NCBI GenBank assembly: GCA_038153405.1
Contig: JAYOYH010000066.1
Span: 1 to 21,070, forward strand
Direction of reading: 5' to 3'
Origin: Gemmatimonadota bacterium
Lineage (GTDB): Bacteria > Latescibacterota > UBA2968 > UBA8231
DNA length: 21,070 nucleotides
Part shown: piece after piece, positions 15,715-21,070 of the stretch
How the letters are laid out: each line of letters begins with the position of its first letter
Position numbering within the stretch: the first letter of the stretch is position 1
Program-made: the position numbers and the translations under genes
The notes under the pieces: generated by a model
The model's database searches: none
What the model saw: only the letters and a program-made list of their open reading frames with translations
What the model was told of the DNA's origin: nothing

Positions 15715-17090
15715 TGGACGTCAAACAGCGGGCGGGCCTCTGCATTGGCCTTATTGGCCTCTTATTAGGCATCGCCTCGCCTCTTACCAACGTCTCGCCA
15801 ACCATCCAAACCGCTCTGGGTATGGCCGTTTTTGCCCTGGCTTTTTGGACTTTTGAACCGGTCCCCATTGAGTATAGCTCGCTGTTGCTCTTGCTGGCCT
15901 TTCCCTTAAGCGGATTGCTCAGCTTTGAACAGAGCTTTGCCCCGTTTGCCGGCAAGACGGTCTGGCTCATTTTTGCCGGCATGGCCCTGAGCATGGCCCT
16001 GAGCGAAACGGGCATCGGCGAACTCGTTGCATCGGCTCTCAAACAGTATATCTCACACCGGCCGGCCGTGCTCATTGTCCAACTACACGCCGTGGGCTTG
16101 GCCGCGGCCTTTCTCGTTCCATCCGGGGTAGTCCGCGTCCTCTTACTGATGCCCATCGGCCTTTCTATTTGCAGCATGTTTCGCGGCGCCGATGCCCAGC
16201 GCCTGACGACCTGCGTGCTGCTTTCACTCGTATCGAGCACCATTTTTGGCGGTTTTGGCCTGCTGACGGGCGCCGTGCCCAACCTCGTTATCGCTGGCCA
16301 AGTCGAGCACATGGGCGGAGAGCCCATATTTTGGTCGACCTGGTTTGTATGGATGTTCCCCCTTGTCGGCCTGGCCCGCACCGCCTTGTCGGCCGCCGTT
16401 ATCTGGCTGTTTTTCGCCCGCAATTTAGCGGCGCTTTCGCCGGCTTCAACGAGTGCAACCCAACTTTCCATTTCGCAGCCGCAGCGCAAGACGCTGGCCA
16501 TTCTAACCCTGGGAGTTGGTTTATGGGCAACGGATACTCTCCACCAAATCCCCCCTGTCTTCATCGCCCTTTTTCTCGTACTATTGCTGATTTTTCCGCG
16601 CTTTGGCCCCCTAAATAGCGAGGCGCTAGGCAAGCTAAACTTTCCCTTCCTGTTCTACATAGCCGCGCTCTTCTCGCTGGGGACGGCCCTCGACACCAGT
16701 GGATTTAACCAATTGTTTATCCGCCATGCGACCCAGTGGATCGAACTGTCGACCTGGGATTTGCCGCATCGCTACTTCGCCCTCACCCTACTTACCGTTC
16801 CGCTCAATTTCGCCATGGATATAGCGGCTGTTGCCGCTGTTTTAACCCAGCCCTATATCGATTTGGCGTTATCGCACGGGATGGATCCCATGGGGGCAGC
16901 CATGGGCATCGGCATGGCCACAACGCTGGTTTTCCTGCCCTATCAAGCGGCACCCTTTATGGTCGCCTACAGCTTCAGGCGTTTCCCCCTCGACCATTTG
17001 GTGCTGACCCAATGCGCAATTTCGACCCTTTCACTCCTGCTAATCTACCCGCTCAACCCGCTGCTGTGGCATTACTTCGGCCTGATCTGA
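15714..17090 (+). CDS. SLC13/DASS-family anion permease
   Basis: Many TM segments; WTFEPVP, VWLIFAG, FLVPS, LTGAVPNL, FLPYQAAP. ATG overlaps the mltB stop (TAATG). Confidence 0.85.
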   Translation: MDVKQRAGLCIGLIGLLLGIASPLTNVSPTIQTALGMAVFALAFWTFEPVPIEYSSLLLLLAFPLSGLLSFEQSFAPFAGKTVWLIFAGMALSMALSETGIGELVASALKQYISHRPAVLIVQLHAVGLAAAFLVPSGVVRVLLLMPIGLSICSMFRGADAQRLTTCVLLSLVSSTIFGGFGLLTGAVPNLVIAGQVEHMGGEPIFWSTWFVWMFPLVGLARTALSAAVIWLFFARNLAALSPASTSATQLSISQPQRKTLAILTLGVGLWATDTLHQIPPVFIALFLVLLLIFPRFGPLNSEALGKLNFPFLFYIAALFSLGTALDTSGFNQLFIRHATQWIELSTWDLPHRYFALTLLTVPLNFAMDIAAVAAVLTQPYIDLALSHGMDPMGAAMGIGMATTLVFLPYQAAPFMVAYSFRRFPLDHLVLTQCAISTLSLLLIYPLNPLLWHYFGLI

Positions 17091-17093
17091 TCG

Positions 17094-17750
17094 CTAGCGG
17101 GTCCGTATGTACTCTTCAATGTCCTCCCCCAATCGCCGCTTGACCTCTTCTGCATTAAGATGCGCATCCAGTGCCGTGAAGCCATCGGCCATATAAGTCG
17201 TTTGCATAAAGTGCGCGCCAAAGCCGTCTCCCCAGCTAAACGCTCCCTGCAAGCACAAGGTCAAATACTTGTCGTCCGGCAGAATATCGCCGTGCAGCAG
17301 ACCGCAAAACCCCAATAGTGCAACCTCGCGAAACACATCGGGCCGTTCAACGGCTAGCTCATCTGCGGTATATCCCCGATAGAGACAGACCGGGGCCACC
17401 GGTTCGCGCGAAAAAAAATCGACGGCCGCCACGCCCTCAACGCGCCTGTAATACAGTTCGCGGCGATCAAGGCCGGCTAGATGGGCGCGGGCAACCGGAA
17501 AGGCGATCCCGGCAAGGTCAGCAGAAGGGTCCTCGCACACATTGAGCACGGCTACCGGCTGACCTGCCGTCGCGCCGACTTGCAGTTGATGGCGCCTGGC
17601 CAAATTAAAAAGACGGCGGAACCCGCGCACGATGACTGGCCGCATATCGCGCCTATCCACGCCTGATACAGTGCGGCGTAGCGAAGCGCAGTGCATCAGC
17701 GACCCATAGCCGAGCACCCATAACCATTCATCCTTTGGGGCCAATGCCAT
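17094..17750 (-). CDS. Gamma-glutamylcyclotransferase-fold (GGCT/ChaC/AIG2-like) protein
   Basis: WVLGYGSLM, V.GFRRLFN, LDRRELYY motifs. GAGGAG SD before ATG 17750. Confidence 0.75.
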   Translation of the reverse strand: MALAPKDEWLWVLGYGSLMHCASLRRTVSGVDRRDMRPVIVRGFRRLFNLARRHQLQVGATAGQPVAVLNVCEDPSADLAGIAFPVARAHLAGLDRRELYYRRVEGVAAVDFFSREPVAPVCLYRGYTADELAVERPDVFREVALLGFCGLLHGDILPDDKYLTLCLQGAFSWGDGFGAHFMQTTYMADGFTALDAHLNAEEVKRRLGEDIEEYIRTR

Positions 17751-17805
17751 ACAATTCTCTCCTCGTGCTGCGCATCGCTGCAGCCTCAATACAATTAACG
17801 CGTCT

Positions 17806-18624
17806 CTAGCGCCGAGCAAAGCGCATAAAGAGTCCTCCGACGATAAATGCCCCTCCGAGGTAGGTCGAAGCCGCCGGAACTTCTCCCACTACCCAAAAGA
17901 CCCACACGGGATTGAGCAACGGCTCCAACAAACTGATCAACGCCGCATCGCGGGCTACGACGCGACGCAGCGCATAGGCGTAGAGCACATAGGGGCCACC
18001 CAACTGGACGGTTCCCATAACGAGCATCAGCAGCATATCGCGGGGAGATAGCCACAGTCGATCCCACACCCATGGTAGGAGCAACACAGCCACCACCAAA
18101 TTATTGAACGAAATCGTTTGTAGGGGATCGCTGCGTTGGTAGCGCCGCAGTAGCACCGTTAAGAGAGCGAACCCTACGCCGCTGGCCAACCCATAGGCAA
18201 TCCCGGCAAAGGCTGCCCCTCCTGCCTGAGTAAAAATACACCCTACGCCGACCATCGTGCTGGCCAAGACCAACCAATCATAGCGTGCGGGCCGTTCATT
18301 TAGCAGAGGTATAGCCAACACAAAGACAAAGGCCGGTGCGGCGTATTGCAGAATAATGGCGTTAGCCGCCGTGGTCGCCTTGGTCGATACCACGAGCAGA
18401 ATGACCGCACCGCAGTAGGCAGCGGCTGTATATAGGTTGCTCTTTTCGATCGAGTAGGGTCCTCTGCCCACTGCCCACACACCGACAAACAGCCCCGCTA
18501 TCGCACTGCGGTAAAACGCAATGGGGAGCGCGTCCATCTCAACCGTCTTAATGATAACCCCACTCAGGCTCCAGCCCAATGAGGTTATCACCAGTAGAAT
18601 TAAGCCCGTTTTATCAATTGACAT
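17806..18624 (-). CDS. DMT/EamA-family transporter
   Basis: About 10 TM segments in two repeats; TTAANAIILQY.AP, LISLLEPLLNPVW...GE.P. Confidence 0.92.
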   Translation of the reverse strand: MSIDKTGLILLVITSLGWSLSGVIIKTVEMDALPIAFYRSAIAGLFVGVWAVGRGPYSIEKSNLYTAAAYCGAVILLVVSTKATTAANAIILQYAAPAFVFVLAIPLLNERPARYDWLVLASTMVGVGCIFTQAGGAAFAGIAYGLASGVGFALLTVLLRRYQRSDPLQTISFNNLVVAVLLLPWVWDRLWLSPRDMLLMLVMGTVQLGGPYVLYAYALRRVVARDAALISLLEPLLNPVWVFWVVGEVPAASTYLGGAFIVGGLFMRFARR

Positions 18625-18718
18625 AATTTTATTTATATGATTTTAGCCATTGTTCTGGCGTGGGTTTTTATTAATGCTTATGCTTACTGTTCCCCTGTAT
18701 TGAACAAGCCAATAAAGT

Positions 18719-20149
18719 ATGACAGAAACTTCTTCTATCGCCAATGTGCTAGCCCTGCGCTATGCCAGTCCATCTATGCAAGCCCTGTGGTCCGAACGCG
18801 GACGCATTGCGCTTGAGCGCGAGTTCTGGCTTGCCGTGCTGAAGGCCCAGCGCGCGCTGGGTATCGACATACCCGCTGAGGCCATTGATGCCTATGAGCG
18901 CGTCAAAGACCAAATCGACCTCGCCTCCATCGCCCAGCGCGAGGCAGTCTCCCGCCATGATGTGAAAGCGCGCATCGAAGAGTTTTGTGCCCTGGCTGGC
19001 TGCGAGCACATTCACAAGGGCATGACGAGTCGAGACCTGACCGATAACGTCGAACAATTCCAGGTACTGCGCTCGCTTCGCCTTGTGCAAAGCAAGTATA
19101 TCGCTCTTATCCATAAGCTAAGCCTGCGCGCCGTGCAGTGGAGCGACCTGGTAATTGTTGGCCGCACGCACTATGCAGCCGCCCAACCCACAACCATGGG
19201 CAAGCGCTTGGCCATGTTTGGCGAAGAGATGCTTCAAGCGTACGCCCATCTCGACGAACTGTGTCAGCGCTATCCCCTGCGCGGACTCAAAGGAGCCGTT
19301 GGCACCGGGCTAGACCAATTAACCCTGTTGGGCAACAATGCGGCCAACCTCGCGCAGTTACAGAGCCATATTCGCAGCCACCTAGGCTTTGGCAGCGAGA
19401 TTAATGCCGTCGGTCAAGTATACCCGCGCAGCCTCGACTTCGAGGCGATTAGCTGCCTGTACCAACTCGGATCTGGGGTGGCCAACTTAGCGCGCACCAT
19501 GCGCCTTATGGCCGGCAATGAAATGCTTACAGAAGGCTTTGCCCAAGGACAAGTAGGCTCCTCGGCCATGCCGCACAAGATGAACACGCGCAGCACCGAG
19601 CGCGTCAACGGTTTCCAGGTCATTCTCGGCGGCTATTTGCACATGATCAGCGGTCTGAATGGCGACCAGTGGTTTGAGGGCGATGTCTCCTGCTCCGTCG
19701 TGCGCCGCGTCGCGCTGCCCGACAGTTTCTTCGCCTTTGATGGCATGCTGGAAACCATGCTGCACGTGCTCGATGATATGGGCGTATACGAGGCCGTCAT
19801 CGAGCGCGATGTCGAGCGCTATCTCCCCTTTCTATCGACCACCACCCTGCTCATGGAAGCCGTGCAGAGGGGGACGGGCCGCGAACAGGCCCATGAGGCG
19901 ATAAAGGAACACGCCGTGGCTGCAGCGCTGGCGCTGCGCGAGGGACAGCCTGCAAATGATCTGCCCCAGCGCTTGGCCGACGATCCTCGCTTTCCCCTCG
20001 ATGCAGGGGATATTGCGCAGATACTCGAACGCAGCCGCACGCTAACGGGTTTGGCCAAGCAGCAGGTCGAATTCTTTGCCCAACGCGCCGAACACCTTTA
20101 CAACGCCCACCCCGAAGCGGGCGAAATTAAAAAGGGCCGTCTTCTTTGA
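18719..20149 (+). CDS. purB: Adenylosuccinate lyase
   Basis: RYAS, RHDVKA, HKGMTSRD, GRTH..AAQPTT.GKR and the fumarase-superfamily signature GSSAMPHKMN. Confidence 0.96.
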   Translation: MTETSSIANVLALRYASPSMQALWSERGRIALEREFWLAVLKAQRALGIDIPAEAIDAYERVKDQIDLASIAQREAVSRHDVKARIEEFCALAGCEHIHKGMTSRDLTDNVEQFQVLRSLRLVQSKYIALIHKLSLRAVQWSDLVIVGRTHYAAAQPTTMGKRLAMFGEEMLQAYAHLDELCQRYPLRGLKGAVGTGLDQLTLLGNNAANLAQLQSHIRSHLGFGSEINAVGQVYPRSLDFEAISCLYQLGSGVANLARTMRLMAGNEMLTEGFAQGQVGSSAMPHKMNTRSTERVNGFQVILGGYLHMISGLNGDQWFEGDVSCSVVRRVALPDSFFAFDGMLETMLHVLDDMGVYEAVIERDVERYLPFLSTTTLLMEAVQRGTGREQAHEAIKEHAVAAALALREGQPANDLPQRLADDPRFPLDAGDIAQILERSRTLTGLAKQQVEFFAQRAEHLYNAHPEAGEIKKGRLL

Positions 20150-20199
20150 TTCGCACACTCTCCCTCCACCAATTCTCCCAGAAGCGATGAACACCGTTT

Positions 20200-20940
20200 A
20201 TGCGATACAAGCGCGTTCTCTTAAAACTCAGCGGTGAAGCGGTTTCAGGCGACGGCGATTCGGGCTTTGACCCAGAAGCGCTGGAGCATATCGCCGACGA
20301 AGTCCTCAATTTGCACCGACAGGGCATAGAAGTTTCAATCGTCATTGGCGGAGGAAATATTTTTAGGGGAACGCTGGCCGCCCAATGGGGTATTGAGCGG
20401 GCTGAAGCCGATAATATCGGCATGATGGGCACGGTGATTAACAGCCTCCTGCTGCGCGGCGTACTCTCGGCAAAAGGGCTCGGTCAAGTCGAAGTGCGCG
20501 TAATGAGCGCCATCCCCATCAACACCGTCGCCGAACCTTTTATTCGCCTGCGCTCAATCCACCATCTCGAAAAAAAGTATATCGTCATTTTTGCCGCAGG
20601 CATTGGCAACCCCTACGTCACCACCGACTACACCGCGGCACAGCGAGCCATCGAAACGCGCTCCGATGCACTGCTCTTTGCCAAAAACAAGGCGCGCGGC
20701 ATTTTCACTGACGACCCGCAAAAAAACCCAGATGCGCGCTTTTATCGACGAATGCACTACAATACCATTATTCAAAACAACCTGACCATTATCGACCAAT
20801 CCTCCATCCTCCTGGCCCGAGACCACCGGCTCCCCATACACGTATTCGACTTTGGCGAGCGCGATACGATGGATCGCATATGTAAGGGAGAAGATCAGGG
20901 AACGTTGGTATACGATGTCGAGGAAGATATCCTAGAATAG
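20200..20940 (+). CDS. pyrH: UMP kinase (PyrH family)
   Basis: YKRVLLKLSGEA, VIGGGNIFRG, AD.IGMMGTVIN, GNPYVTTD, DP.KNPDA. Confidence 0.9.
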   Translation: MRYKRVLLKLSGEAVSGDGDSGFDPEALEHIADEVLNLHRQGIEVSIVIGGGNIFRGTLAAQWGIERAEADNIGMMGTVINSLLLRGVLSAKGLGQVEVRVMSAIPINTVAEPFIRLRSIHHLEKKYIVIFAAGIGNPYVTTDYTAAQRAIETRSDALLFAKNKARGIFTDDPQKNPDARFYRRMHYNTIIQNNLTIIDQSSILLARDHRLPIHVFDFGERDTMDRICKGEDQGTLVYDVEEDILE

Positions 20941-20959
20941 GACGAGTTCAGAGCAAAGA

Positions 20960-20996
20960 AAAAGGGCCGGCGAACAATCCATTCGCCGGCCCTTTT
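20960..20996. terminator. Bidirectional intrinsic terminator
   Basis: Perfect 15-bp inverted repeat AAAAGGGCCGGCGAA-caatcca-TTCGCCGGCCCTTTT between convergent genes, with T-tracts on both strands. Confidence 0.88.
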
Positions 20997-21015
20997 GTAG
21001 TTGGATTTGCCTCCG

Positions 21016-21069
21016 TTAGAATCCGTAGGCAAACGAGAAGCGATGCGCGCCGTTGGTCTCGGTCAGATC
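21016..21069 (-). CDS. 3' end of an outer-membrane beta-barrel protein (PorV/PorQ-like C-terminus), partial
   Basis: ...DLTETNGAHRFSFAYGF*: alternating aromatic residues and terminal Phe (BAM beta-signal), ending just before the terminator. Only 17 aa are visible. Confidence 0.6.
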   Translation of the reverse strand, partial: DLTETNGAHRFSFAYGF

Positions 21070-21070
21070 C

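Noticed and set aside
15644..16633. 329-aa minus-strand ORF
   Set aside because: Antisense shadow of the DASS permease with no recognisable motifs.
1..21070. CRISPR array, IS element or prophage
   Set aside because: I saw no regularly spaced repeats, transposase, integrase or phage genes.

Overview
Bacterial chromosomal window, mostly housekeeping, envelope and transport genes. The lineage is probably FCB-superphylum or related, inferred from the bS22 sequence type and a PorV/PorQ-like barrel C-terminus. Left arm (- strand): a 49-aa unannotated ORF, mreB, mreC, HU, an unannotated 31-aa ribosomal protein bS22 (AURKAIP1/COX24-like) overlapping HU, then tRNA-Arg(CCG), tRNA-Pro(GGG) and tRNA-Pro(CGG). 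Next come a + strand cluster (hypothetical protein plus three lipoproteins: TPR, unknown, HExxH aminopeptidase), a split TMTC-like GT-C/TPR gene and a TatT-associated TRAP (TPAT) transporter. These are followed by a ManD/RspA-family dehydratase, a stand-alone McrBC-type pair, MltB plus a DASS permease, a GGCT-fold protein plus EamA, purB, a pyrH-family kinase, a bidirectional terminator and the end of an outer-membrane barrel gene. Best leads: (1) the McrB has a DUF1802-like N-terminal domain where the modified-DNA reader normally sits; (2) the 49-aa ORF in front of mreB looks like a free-standing FliF C-terminal FliG-binding motif; (3) the bS22 gene overlaps the HU 3' end. Family assignments rest on motif recognition from memory, not database searches.
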